NCBI GenBank assembly: GCA_965261595.1
Contig: CBDHDG010000007.1
Location: 1,319,030 to 1,383,029 of the forward strand
Direction of reading: 5' to 3'
Origin: a bacterium
Lineage (GTDB): Bacteria > UBA8248 > JACPRG01 > G963555815
DNA length: 64,000 nucleotides
The notes beneath the pieces are model-generated. The model saw nothing but the letters and a program-made list of their open reading frames with translations, was not told the DNA's origin and searched no databases. The position numbers and the translations under genes are program-made. Of this stretch, positions 28,082-38,098 are shown in pieces (the first letter of the stretch is position 1; each line of letters begins with the position of its first letter).

Positions 28082-31000
28082 CCGCTTCGCACCTTGACGA
28101 GACCCTCTCGCGTCTGTCCGTCCGCGCGGCGTCATCGGTCATCGCGCGAGGCAGGCTCGCGTCGTCCGCGCTCAACACGGTACTGCTGCGTCGCCTCTCC
28201 GCCGAGCCGGGAGCGAGAGATTCTCTTCTGGCCGATCCGGTCTTCGAGGCGGCTCGCACCTGGGAATCCGCCGATTGCAGTCTCGACGATCTCTCCGGGG
28301 GGCTTCTACACCCCGATCTGGTCGCGGCCCTGGATGGAGCCGAGCCGGAACGGATGCCGCGCGATCGCAGCCCCTGGACGCACCAGCTTGCTGCCTGGGA
28401 AGCAACCCGGGCGGGCTTATCCTGCCTTGTCAGCTCCGGCACCGGATCGGGCAAGACCGAGTGCTTCATGGTTCCCATGCTGGACGAGCTGCTGCGCGAC
28501 CCCACAAAGGGTAAGCTCGCTGGCGTGCGCGCGATTTTGATCTACCCTCTCAATGCCTTGATCGAGAGCCAGCGCGAGCGTCTCGCGGCCTGGACCGAGA
28601 CGCTGAAGAGCCGGATCAGCTTTGCGCTCTACAACGGCCTCACGCCCGAGACCCCCCGCGGAGAGAATCGTAGCAAGCTCGCCGCAGCCGAACTCGGTAA
28701 CCGGCGGGCGATTCGCGAGACTCCACCTGCGATTCTCGTGACGAATGTCACGATGCTGGAATACCTGCTCTTGCGTGCCCAGGACCGCACAATTCTGGAA
28801 CGGTCGCAGGGGCTGTTGCGCTGGATCGTGCTCGACGAGGCGCATAGCTACATCGGCGCGCAAGCAGCCGAAATGGCGCTTCTTCTCCGCCGAGTGCGTG
28901 CGGCCTTCGGCGTTGAGCCGGAACAGGTGCGTCTGATGGCGACCTCGGCGACGATCAGCGAGGGTGAAAGGACCGAGGCGAGGCTCAGGCGTTTCGTCTC
29001 CGATCTCGCCGGTCTGGACGAGAGCCGTGTGCGGGTAATCGAAGGCCGCACGGTAGAGCCCGAGCTCCCTCCGGCACAGGAGGATACGCCGCTTGAACCA
29101 AGAGGCATGGACGAACTCGATTCTGCCGCACTCTGGGAGGTTCTTGCGCCTCATCCACGTGTTCATACGATCAAGCAAGCGTTATCGAAGCAGAGCGTTA
29201 CGCTCACCGAGGTGGCTAAGATTTTGTTCGGCCCTGCTGCCGTCGGGGGCAAAGCACAGGCCCAATCCCTGCTCGATGCGGCGGCCCGGGCGATATGCGC
29301 GGAGACCGGAATCCGGCTCCTGCCGTGGCGGGCGCACATCTTTCACCGTTCCCAAGGCGGGTTCTGGGTCTGTGTCGATGCAACCTGTCAGCACCGGGAC
29401 CCGGAGCTGTCCGCCAGTGATTCGGGCTGGGGATTCGGCGCAGTCTGGCTCAAGCAACGCGACATATGTGAGTGTGGCGCCCTGGTCTTCGAACTCTTCG
29501 CCTGCAACGAATGCGGTACACCGTATCTACTGGCCGGACTCGAAGCCGGAGCCTCGACGAGGCTCGTGCCGCTGCGCACCATCGGGATGGACGATTTCGC
29601 GGTGGATGCCGAGCCCGACCCGGAAACCGAGGATGAAGGCCCCGCCTCGAGCGGCACAGTCATACTGTCGCCTGCGCGAAATGATTCCAATGATCGCTTC
29701 CTCAATCTCGATGACGGGACGGTGTTCGACAACGCTCCGCCGCAGGACGCGCGTTCCGTGCGCCTTGGGCTGGAGGAGGACGTATCGGCGCGCACCTGCT
29801 GTCCCGGAGCCGCTCACGCGAGGCTCGCCCCGCAGCGATATGGCCCGCCTTTCTTCATGGGGGCCACAGTCCCGGCGTTTATCGAATCTCTCGCCCAACC
29901 GATGGACCGTGCCGGCCTGCCAATGGGCGGGCGGCGCGCGATCACGTTCTCCGATAGCCGCCAGGGGACCGCCAGATTGGCGGCAAAGCTTCAGCAGGAT
30001 GCGGAACGAAACCTGACCCGGGCATTCCTTTACCACGCCGTGCAAGAGGATCGCAGTCCACGGGGCGAGGAACGTACCAAGCTTGAAAAAAAACTTGAGA
30101 GCTACCGTAGGGCCAACGATTCGGAATTTGCTGAAGACATCCGAAGCATCGAGGCACAGCTTGCCGGCAATGCCGAGCCCATCCACTGGACCGAGCTGAT
30201 CGACCGATTCGCACAGCAGTCCGAGCTGCGCGAGTTCGCCACCGACGTCTGGCGCGAGCGAGCGAGCGGCGGGCGCGAGATGGCCAACGAGCCGAGCAAG
30301 CTCGCAGAGATGTTCCTCTACCGCGAGCTTTTTCGACGTCCCAAGGTTCAGAACAACGCCGAGACGATGGGGCTCTTGCGCCTGTCCTTCCCCAAGATCG
30401 AAGAACAGGCGCGTGCACGACTACCCCGTGTTCTCGAGGACGCGGGAATCGATGCGGATGGATGGATTGGGCTCGCATTGACCGCGGTGGACTTCGTGTT
30501 CCGCGACCAGCTTGCAACCTGGGTCACGCCAGACTGGATGGTCCGTTTCGTCAGCCCTCGAACGGGACGCCAACCCAATACCATCTGCCGCCCTGGTCTC
30601 GACCGGGCGGATCGCCCCGCAGGAGGCCGGCCGTGGCCCGCTTCTACTCCGCACCCTGGGCGCGCGTCCCGTGTACATCGTCTGATTTACGCGCTCATTA
30701 AGGGAGATTGGGAGAACAAGGCGGATCAGGATCGGGCGGGTGAGGTGCTCACGTGTCTCTGGTCTCTCATCGCCTCAACGGCTGCCAGAGATGTCGGCGG
30801 CGGCGCCTTCCAGCTCGATTTCACAAACGCCGCCGTGGTGCGACTCGATCAGGGCTGGCTGTGCCCGGTGACGCGACGGATCTTCGGCTACTCACCCGCT
30901 GGGTGTTCGCCGTACGATCCGTACCGGCTGCTTTCGCCGATCGAGCTGCCGCGCCCGCGCGTGGCCAATGCGGGCGGGTTGGATCCCCACGCCCGCGCCG

Positions 31001-34000
31001 AGGCGATGCACTGGTGCGAGACCGATGCCGGCATCGCAGACCTGCGCCAAGCGGGCCTCTGGACTAACCTTCACGATCGTGTCGTCGCCTATGCACCGTT
31101 CCTCCGTGCGCAAGAGCACTCGGCGCAGATCGAACGTCCCGTACTTGCCGACTACGAGCATCGGTTCAAGGAGGGGTGGATCAATCTGCTCAACTGCTCT
31201 ACCACGATGGAGATGGGCGTGGACATCCCGAATGTCCAAATCGTGGTCAACGCCAATGTCCCGCCCTCGGTGTCGAACTACCGGCAGCGGGTGGGCCGCG
31301 CCGGACGGCGGGGAGAGCCCTGGACCTTTGGCGTCACGTTCTGCCGGAATCTGCCACTCGATCAGATCGTGTTCGATGACCCCTTGCGCTTCCTCTCGGC
31401 GCCAGTCACGGCGCCCGTCGTGAGCCTGGACAGCCCTGGTCTCGTTGCCCGTCACGTCCATGCCGCGCTGCTCGCCGCGTTCCTTCGAGAGCAACCCGAG
31501 GGATTTAGGCTGAAGGTGTCGACCGGTGCCTGCTTCGGAGCCACGGAGGACGCCGAGGTGCCGGTCGCATCGGGGTCTGTCGCCGACGCCTTCCTGGACG
31601 CTCTGCGAGGGGGCTGGGGTCAGAACGACGTTCTCGCATCCGATCTCGCCCATCTGACCCGAGGCACATCGCTGGAAGGCCAACCCGCCGCGTACCTCTC
31701 AGCCGAGACAGCCGAAGCTTTCGAGACGATGCTAGGCCGTTGGCGCGGTGAGTACTCCGAGCTTCTTCTGCGGCGTGAAGCGGCGGCTGAGCCAGAGGTG
31801 AAGATGGCCTTTCAGATGCGGGCACGCCGCATGAAGGGTGAATTTCTCCTGGGCGAGCTCGCCCGGCGCGGATTTACACCTTCCTACGGCTTTCCGGTCG
31901 ATGTAGTGGCCTTTGATCATCTCTCAGGCCACGAGCGTGACAAGAAGACCGAAGTGATCGCCTTTGGGGAGTACCGGGGCGGAGCGTCGCGTACGCTCGA
32001 TGTTGCGATCCGTGAGTATGCACCGGGAGCGGAGATCGTGGTGGACGGGCTTGTGCATCGCTCCGAAGGCGTCTTTCCCGCCTGGGGCGCAATGGCTGAC
32101 GCCTCGAATCTGGAAGACTTGCAGGATTTCTGGGAGTGCCCGTCTTGCCACTACTTCGAGCTGGTGCGCATCGTTCCCGAGATCTGCCCGCAATGCGACA
32201 CGCCGGTCTCGAATCACAAGCCCTGCCTGCGTCCCGTGGGCTTCCTGGGTCGCCGTGCGCCTCACACGGGGTACGAGAATCTTGGCCACGCGGTCTATGA
32301 AATGCCCCGGCTCTCGGCGGCCGGATCACCGTGGCGGGCATTGCCGGACCTCGAGGCCGGACGGATACGTGCCGATCCAGATGGACAAGTGATCACCCTG
32401 GGCTCGGGCCCCAACGGTAAGGGCTACGCGCTCTGTCTCTTCTGTGGACGGGCCGAGGCCGAGACCGAGGAGGGGCCGGGCTCCCAGCCTCCGACGCAGA
32501 TTCAAAAGCATTGGCCGCTGGCTGTAGCTCGAGGGATGAAACTGGCAAAGGGCTACTGTCCAGGAGGATACACCGAGCCACAACGCATCAAACGCAATGT
32601 TCGCCTCAGCCACGCTGCCCGCACCGATGTATTCGAACTTCAACTGCCAAATCGCGCTCGCCGGGATCACGGACTTGCGCTCGCCGCCGCGCTGCGCGAA
32701 GCACTCGCCGAACGGCTCGGAGCCGAGGCCCGTGAGATCGGGGTCGCCGTCGGCCGTTCGGTCGGACCGAGTGGCGAGAACCGGGTGTCTGCTCTCCTGT
32801 ATGACCGGGCATCCGGAGGAGCAGGGCTCGCTTTGCGATTGTCAGAGCAGGAATGGTTCGACGCCTGCCTGGAGAAAGCTCTCGATAGGCTTTCCTGTCC
32901 AGAGGATTGCACCTACGGTTGCCCGGCCTGTGTTCTACGTTCCGATCTCAGCTTTGAAAAGGAGCTGCTCGACCGGAGAGGAGGTCGGCTCCTTGCGCAG
33001 ACAATTCGTGACCGCCTCCGGCTTCCGGAGGCTATGCGGGTATTCGGTCCAGATACACGTATTCCGGATCTGCCGCTTACCGAATGGCTCGAACGGCGAA
33101 GGCGGGCGGGAGGGCTTTCCGCCATCAGCCTCTATCTGCATGGGTCCCCATCGGACTGGGAGCTTGCCGCTTGGCCGGTCGCGGACCGTTTTGCCCGGCT
33201 GAAAGAGTCTGGCGTGGACGTTGAGCTTGTCGTGGAGAGTCGGACGCTGACCAACAAGTCGATGGACTTGGCGCAACAGCTCGACCTCTATCGGCTGGCG
33301 GCCCATGCGTCTCTCACTCACGTCCCGGACCTGCCGAAAGCAGGCGATGCATTGGTAGTGGCTGTGATCAAGGATGCGAATGGAAGAACCGCCATCGCTG
33401 CGCACGATGCCAAGGAGGCGATTCCGGGCCCTCAGTGGGGCCACGGTGCCGAAGTGGCACTAGTCCAGGGCTCCCCACCCGAGCTACCCGCAACACAGAG
33501 TCTCGCAAGCGACCGGCTCGTGGAGGTGTCGAGCGGAAACGCGCATCTGATCCGGCCTGGCGTCCGACTCAACGGTCGGGTGGCTTCATTCGGTCGTACC
33601 TTCTGGAAAATCTTGACCGAAGAAGCTCCGTTGACGATCGCGGCGATCCGCGCGCACAAGGTCCACGCCGTGACCTACACGGATCGTTATCTTCTGACGC
33701 CTCTCGCTCTGCGACTTCTGGTCGAAGTGGTGCGAAAGATGCCTGGAGCAGGAGCGACGAGCTTGTATGTATCGACCGCGCGTCTCTCCAGGCCCGAACG
33801 ACGGGGATGGGCGGTGTTCCATACCTTTGCCGATGACGCTACACGTCGCACCGTGCTACAGGCTCTGCTGCCGAATGCGCAGATAGACATCCGCGGGAAG
33901 GTGGAGCTACCCCACGCCCGAAGCTTCGCACTTCGCCTTGGAGATGGCCGGAATGTCACGATCCTGCTTGACCAAGGCTTTGGAGCTTGGCGCGCTCAGG

Positions 34001-34122
34001 GGGCACCGAAGTACGATTTCGGCGCAGAACCGGCCAGACAGGCCCGCTCCCTCAATTCACTGGACTTTACGATCAGCGTTGAACCAGGATGCGAAGCGCC
34101 AATCGTTCTGGAGCAAAGATAG
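28078..34122 (+). CDS. druE: Druantia DruE-like SF2 helicase with DUF1998 and C-terminal nuclease-like domain
   Basis: GTGSGKTE, YPLNALIESQ, DEAH, SAT, TFSDSRQ, TTMEMGVDI, QRVGRAGR, C.EDC..GCPAC, YTDRYL..LPHAR. Confidence 0.85.
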   Translation: MTASHLDETLSRLSVRAASSVIARGRLASSALNTVLLRRLSAEPGARDSLLADPVFEAARTWESADCSLDDLSGGLLHPDLVAALDGAEPERMPRDRSPWTHQLAAWEATRAGLSCLVSSGTGSGKTECFMVPMLDELLRDPTKGKLAGVRAILIYPLNALIESQRERLAAWTETLKSRISFALYNGLTPETPRGENRSKLAAAELGNRRAIRETPPAILVTNVTMLEYLLLRAQDRTILERSQGLLRWIVLDEAHSYIGAQAAEMALLLRRVRAAFGVEPEQVRLMATSATISEGERTEARLRRFVSDLAGLDESRVRVIEGRTVEPELPPAQEDTPLEPRGMDELDSAALWEVLAPHPRVHTIKQALSKQSVTLTEVAKILFGPAAVGGKAQAQSLLDAAARAICAETGIRLLPWRAHIFHRSQGGFWVCVDATCQHRDPELSASDSGWGFGAVWLKQRDICECGALVFELFACNECGTPYLLAGLEAGASTRLVPLRTIGMDDFAVDAEPDPETEDEGPASSGTVILSPARNDSNDRFLNLDDGTVFDNAPPQDARSVRLGLEEDVSARTCCPGAAHARLAPQRYGPPFFMGATVPAFIESLAQPMDRAGLPMGGRRAITFSDSRQGTARLAAKLQQDAERNLTRAFLYHAVQEDRSPRGEERTKLEKKLESYRRANDSEFAEDIRSIEAQLAGNAEPIHWTELIDRFAQQSELREFATDVWRERASGGREMANEPSKLAEMFLYRELFRRPKVQNNAETMGLLRLSFPKIEEQARARLPRVLEDAGIDADGWIGLALTAVDFVFRDQLATWVTPDWMVRFVSPRTGRQPNTICRPGLDRADRPAGGRPWPASTPHPGRASRVHRLIYALIKGDWENKADQDRAGEVLTCLWSLIASTAARDVGGGAFQLDFTNAAVVRLDQGWLCPVTRRIFGYSPAGCSPYDPYRLLSPIELPRPRVANAGGLDPHARAEAMHWCETDAGIADLRQAGLWTNLHDRVVAYAPFLRAQEHSAQIERPVLADYEHRFKEGWINLLNCSTTMEMGVDIPNVQIVVNANVPPSVSNYRQRVGRAGRRGEPWTFGVTFCRNLPLDQIVFDDPLRFLSAPVTAPVVSLDSPGLVARHVHAALLAAFLREQPEGFRLKVSTGACFGATEDAEVPVASGSVADAFLDALRGGWGQNDVLASDLAHLTRGTSLEGQPAAYLSAETAEAFETMLGRWRGEYSELLLRREAAAEPEVKMAFQMRARRMKGEFLLGELARRGFTPSYGFPVDVVAFDHLSGHERDKKTEVIAFGEYRGGASRTLDVAIREYAPGAEIVVDGLVHRSEGVFPAWGAMADASNLEDLQDFWECPSCHYFELVRIVPEICPQCDTPVSNHKPCLRPVGFLGRRAPHTGYENLGHAVYEMPRLSAAGSPWRALPDLEAGRIRADPDGQVITLGSGPNGKGYALCLFCGRAEAETEEGPGSQPPTQIQKHWPLAVARGMKLAKGYCPGGYTEPQRIKRNVRLSHAARTDVFELQLPNRARRDHGLALAAALREALAERLGAEAREIGVAVGRSVGPSGENRVSALLYDRASGGAGLALRLSEQEWFDACLEKALDRLSCPEDCTYGCPACVLRSDLSFEKELLDRRGGRLLAQTIRDRLRLPEAMRVFGPDTRIPDLPLTEWLERRRRAGGLSAISLYLHGSPSDWELAAWPVADRFARLKESGVDVELVVESRTLTNKSMDLAQQLDLYRLAAHASLTHVPDLPKAGDALVVAVIKDANGRTAIAAHDAKEAIPGPQWGHGAEVALVQGSPPELPATQSLASDRLVEVSSGNAHLIRPGVRLNGRVASFGRTFWKILTEEAPLTIAAIRAHKVHAVTYTDRYLLTPLALRLLVEVVRKMPGAGATSLYVSTARLSRPERRGWAVFHTFADDATRRTVLQALLPNAQIDIRGKVELPHARSFALRLGDGRNVTILLDQGFGAWRAQGAPKYDFGAEPARQARSLNSLDFTISVEPGCEAPIVLEQR

Positions 34123-34182
34123 TGGATTGTATGGATCCAAAGAGTTCGGTCGGTTCGCGCGGAACGACATTGGCCCATTCGT

Positions 34183-34776
34183 TCACAGCCCGAGATCGTG
34201 CTCGATCCGTTTCGGTTCCCGCGTCTTCGCCTGTTCGGGTTCTCGCGCTCCTTCCGGCGCTTCGACCGGCGTATCCGGTATCGCTTCCCGCCCAAGGCCG
34301 CCGGCTCTGTCTCGGGTGGCTGATTTCTGTGCCGTAACGCCGATCCCCTCTAGCCTCGATTTCTCACCAAGATGATGGTCTCGTGTTTGGGTTAGCGAAG
34401 GGCTGGCCATCGGCGGCTTTGTCGCGTTGAAGATGGCGAATACACGCAACGGTCGGTTTTTCGGGCGGGTACGGGGGAAAACCCCTACGGGTAAACAGGC
34501 GTTTTTTCGTCGTAGGGGCCGGTCCCCGTCCCGGCCCGTCACACTCCCATGGGGAACACAATGCTGCAACTTGCTCAGCATCCGTCCGTTGGGTAACTTA
34601 TTGAAAGATAACCGGTTCAATCGACCTACCTCGTTCGGGTGTTTAAGTTGGTGAGAAATCCAGGATAGCGCCGATATGCGCTCGCCGGTCGCGACTTCCA
34701 ACTGCCCCCGCAGCCGGGCGGCGTCGTCCGTCACCAGTTCGACTCGGTTGCGGGCGCGACTTATCTCCACATAGAC
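34183..34776 (-). pseudogene. 3' remnant of a second MOBF relaxase, split by a MITE
   Basis: YVEISRARNRVELVTDDAARLRGQLEVATGERISAL|EGIG...IEHDLGL parallels the tail of the intact relaxase. Confidence 0.8.
34354..34664. mobile_element. 311-bp non-autonomous MITE with IS1380-like ends
   Basis: 17-bp terminal IRs CCT(C/G)GATTTCTCACCAA; flanks CTAG / ATAG; removing it restores the relaxase frame. Confidence 0.75.
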
Positions 34777-34914
34777 TCCCTTACGTGGTTACGTTGGGAT
34801 TGGGATCCCGACGCGACGGCATTACAGCCATCCACTCTCACGGAAGGCCGCAAGATCGACGCCGGGCGGCGCATGCGAGCCCTCCGCCGCGTAGCGGGCA
34901 CCGAGTTCGAACGC

Positions 34915-34981
34915 TGGAGTTGCCCCGTTTTGGTGAACACCTCCTGACCAAAATCTGAAGGTGTCCACCGGGGCAACTCCA
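34915..34981. mobile_element. 67-bp IS3 remnant consisting of two terminal IRs
   Basis: TGGAGTTGCCCCG...CGGGGCAACTCCA, matching the IR at 3550. Confidence 0.75.
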
Positions 34982-35151
34982 CCACGGCCTGTCGAATGAT
35001 TTGCTGCGCGCCGTCGCGCACCACTTCGCTGAGTTCGTCCCGAAAGGCTGTTTTCGATAAAGAAACTGTCGCATCTTTGTGTATGATGGCGTATCTTTTA
35101 TCTCGCTGAATCACCGGGCTGTTCACAACCTTATTTCAGCAGGAATGCACC
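34982..35151 (-). pseudogene. IS256-like transposase N-terminal fragment
   Basis: FRDELSEVVRDGAQQIIRQAV resembles IS256-family N-termini. Confidence 0.5.
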
Positions 35152-35303
35152 GCCTTCTTCAATTCAGCCCGTACACCAGATCTGACAGTAACTCCATTTC
35201 GACTAGTTGAAACAATCGAAGATTTCTGTAAATCGCGGGCAACTACATCTAAACGGGTGGACCGCCCCTGGGTTATTGGACACTCGGGTGAGGGTATTCG
35301 ACC

Positions 35304-36221
35304 TCATGCGGCCTCCGCAACTTGAGCGAGTTTTTCCTGCCTTGCCTGGGCCGGCGTTCGGTAGCCGTAGCCCTCGAGAATCCAATGATGGTTGTACAGG
35401 TTCTTGAACTCAAGCAGCGCCCACCGCAGTTCCTCTACGGTGGCGAAAGAGCGCACCCACAGGAGATTCTCCTTCAAGATGCGGATGAACCACTCACAGT
35501 AGCCATTTCCCTCGGGCGCCCGCACGAAGCTGGGCGAACTGGTCATGCCCAGGTAGGCGATCTCCCGCTGAAAGTCATCGGACAGATAGGCGGGGCCGTG
35601 GTCGTGACGAACTTTAAGCCCCTCGGCGACGTCCGCCTCCAAGCCGGCGAAGCGCTCGGCGACCCCCTGCCGGATCGGCTCCAGGGCCTCGAAGCGGTTG
35701 CCGCTCTTGGCCGCATGGATCCCCACGCAGTCCACCGAGCAGTGATCCACCGCCACGAACACCGAGGCCATCCCCTCCTCGGTGGTCACCGTCGTCGTCA
35801 TGTCCGTGCCCCACATTCGGTCGGGCCGCTCGGTGCGGATGGTCCCGTTGTGGGCCTTGGGACCTCGGGGTTTGCCCACCCGGTGGGGGGCCTGAAGCCC
35901 CGCCTCCCGCATCAGGCGACGCACCCGCTCCTTGCTGGTGCGGATGCCCGCGAAGCGCAGCCTCGCCCACACCTTGCGGTAGCCCTCGCCATGGAAGGGA
36001 GAGTCCTCCAGGACCTGCCGGATGTGGCCGAGGAGTTCCGCATCGGTGCACGGGCCCACAGGGCCGCGCTTATTGGGCGTGGGGCGTTCATGAACGGGGA
36101 CCGCCTCTCGCCGCCGTTGCGCGTAGACCGTGGAGCGCGCCAAGCCCCAAAGGGCGCACACCCGCTTCAGGCCGTAGGCTCTGCCCGTGGAGGTGAAGCG
36201 GGCCTGACTCATCGCCTCCAC
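35304..36221 (-). CDS. IS3-family transposase OrfB
   Basis: WGTDMT, RHDHG, EGNGYCE DDE-type motifs. Confidence 0.9.
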   Translation of the reverse strand: MEAMSQARFTSTGRAYGLKRVCALWGLARSTVYAQRRREAVPVHERPTPNKRGPVGPCTDAELLGHIRQVLEDSPFHGEGYRKVWARLRFAGIRTSKERVRRLMREAGLQAPHRVGKPRGPKAHNGTIRTERPDRMWGTDMTTTVTTEEGMASVFVAVDHCSVDCVGIHAAKSGNRFEALEPIRQGVAERFAGLEADVAEGLKVRHDHGPAYLSDDFQREIAYLGMTSSPSFVRAPEGNGYCEWFIRILKENLLWVRSFATVEELRWALLEFKNLYNHHWILEGYGYRTPAQARQEKLAQVAEAA

Positions 36222-36622
36222 CTCCTGCCGGCTAAAGGGCGGCCGGCCTCCAGGCGGTCGATCTTCTCCCGCAGGACCTCGCCCTCCATCGTGAGTTCGC
36301 CCACCTTGGCCTTGAGCCGGGCGTTCTCCTCGTCCCGCTCATCCGCCGGGCGGGCTTTGAGCGCCGCCTCGCCCCCGCGAAGGAACGCCTCGCGCCAGGC
36401 GGAAAGCCGAGCCGCTGTCGTGCCCAACTCGCGGCAGAGCGTCTCCAGGCTCTCGCCCCGCAAAAGACGCAGGACCGCCTCCCGCTTGCGCTGGCAGGAG
36501 AACCGACCCCGCTCACTGCGATGCCCTGGGGCCTTGGCTCCGTTCGCCCTACGGGCGCCCTCCGCCAAAGCCCCCTCTTGCTTTTGTTCGTTCATCGCGA
36601 CACCCCTTTCTCCATGAATCAT
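36209..36622 (-). CDS. IS3-family transposase OrfA
   Basis: RKREAVLRLLRGESLE HTH and a coiled coil; the start may be the downstream ATG (MNEQ). Confidence 0.85.
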   Translation of the reverse strand: MIHGERGVAMNEQKQEGALAEGARRANGAKAPGHRSERGRFSCQRKREAVLRLLRGESLETLCRELGTTAARLSAWREAFLRGGEAALKARPADERDEENARLKAKVGELTMEGEVLREKIDRLEAGRPLAGRRWRR

Positions 36623-37684
36623 GGATCAATCGAGTGTCCAACAAAACCCTAGAGCGGGGGACGGGAAACTAAACAATTGAGGGGGGGCCAAGGGTGAAAT
36701 TACTGACCGTACATGTGACCAACTTCCGATCAGCGGAAGATTGTGAAGAGTTTAATGTGGGGCCGGTTACCTGCTTGGTGGGCAAAAACGAGGCGGGTAA
36801 GATCGCCATCCTACTTGCCTTGGCCGCCCTCAATCCGCATGAGGCAACACCTGCGATTTTAGACAAGGAGCGAGACTACCCACGGCGCTCCCTGACCCAA
36901 TACGATCAGATGCACACGGATGGAGACGCGATCGCGATCACGACAAAGTGGAAGCTGGAGGAGATAGAAATTGAAGCGGTCGCGTCTGCGGTTGGCGAGG
37001 GCGTCATGACATCGGACATTGTCACTGTGTCAAGGCGCTATGGTCAGATGGCAGAAGTTGACGCAGACCTGAACTTCAAACCAGCGCTCGAATTCCTCTG
37101 CTCGAAGTTCGCGCTGGATGCCCCCGAGCGCTCAGTGCTCAAGTCCGTGAGCACGACATCGCAATTGATTCAAACATTGCCCGAGCTAGTTTCGCCCACC
37201 GAAAAGCATAAAAAGCTGCAAGAGTATCTCACTGCACGAGGATCTGCGACCAATCAGGTGAAGAGTCTAATTTTGCAGATGCTCCCCAAGTTCATGTACT
37301 TTTCGTCCTACGACCGCATGAACGGGGCCATCCAGCTTGAGCAAACCAACACCCTCATTGAAAATGGGGCGATCACCCAAGACGAACACCGGGGCGCTCG
37401 ATTGTTCGCCGAGTTCCTCGATTATGCAGGGGTGTCGATCGACGAAATCATGAAAGTTGCCACCTATGAGACGTTCAACGCCAAGCTACAAGCCGCATCC
37501 AACAATATCACTGATCAAATTCTTGAGTATTGGACACAAAATCCCGACCTTAGCGTTGTAGTGCGTGTTGAGCAGGCGCGGCTAGGCGACCCCGCGCCTC
37601 TTAATACCGGAACCATTGCGCGTGCGCGTATCGACAACAAACTCCTCCCCCGCTCTAGGGTTTTGTTGGACACTCGATTGATCC

Positions 37685-38098
37685 ATGATTCATGGAGAAA
37701 GGGGTGTCGCGATGAACGAACAAAAGCAAGAGGGGGCTTTGGCGGAGGGCGCCCGTAGGGCGAACGGAGCCAAGGCCCCAGGGCATCGCAGTGAGCGGGG
37801 TCGGTTCTCCTGCCAGCGCAAGCGGGAGGCGGTCCTGCGTCTTTTGCGGGGCGAGAGCCTGGAGACGCTCTGCCGCGAGTTGGGCACGACAGCGGCTCGG
37901 CTTTCCGCCTGGCGCGAGGCGTTCCTTCGCGGGGGCGAGGCGGCGCTCAAAGCCCGCCCGGCGGATGAGCGGGCCGAGGAGAACGCCCGGCTCAAGGCCA
38001 AGGTGGGCGAACTCACGATGGAGGGCGAGGTCCTGCGGGAGAAGATCGACCGCCTGGAGGCCGGCCGCCCTTTAGCCGGCAGGAGGTGGAGGCGATGA
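37685..38098 (+). CDS. IS3-family transposase OrfA
   Basis: Identical to copy 1 except D/A in ERxEEN. Confidence 0.85.
   Translation: MIHGERGVAMNEQKQEGALAEGARRANGAKAPGHRSERGRFSCQRKREAVLRLLRGESLETLCRELGTTAARLSAWREAFLRGGEAALKARPADERAEENARLKAKVGELTMEGEVLREKIDRLEAGRPLAGRRWRR

Larger units (their letters stand above)
35258..36661 (-). mobile_element. IS3-family element, copy 1 (1404 bp, CGGG target duplication)
   Basis: IRs TCCCCCGCTCTAGGGTTTTGTTGGACAC / TGGACCGCCCCTGGGTTATTGGACAC; CGGG on both sides. Confidence 0.95.
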
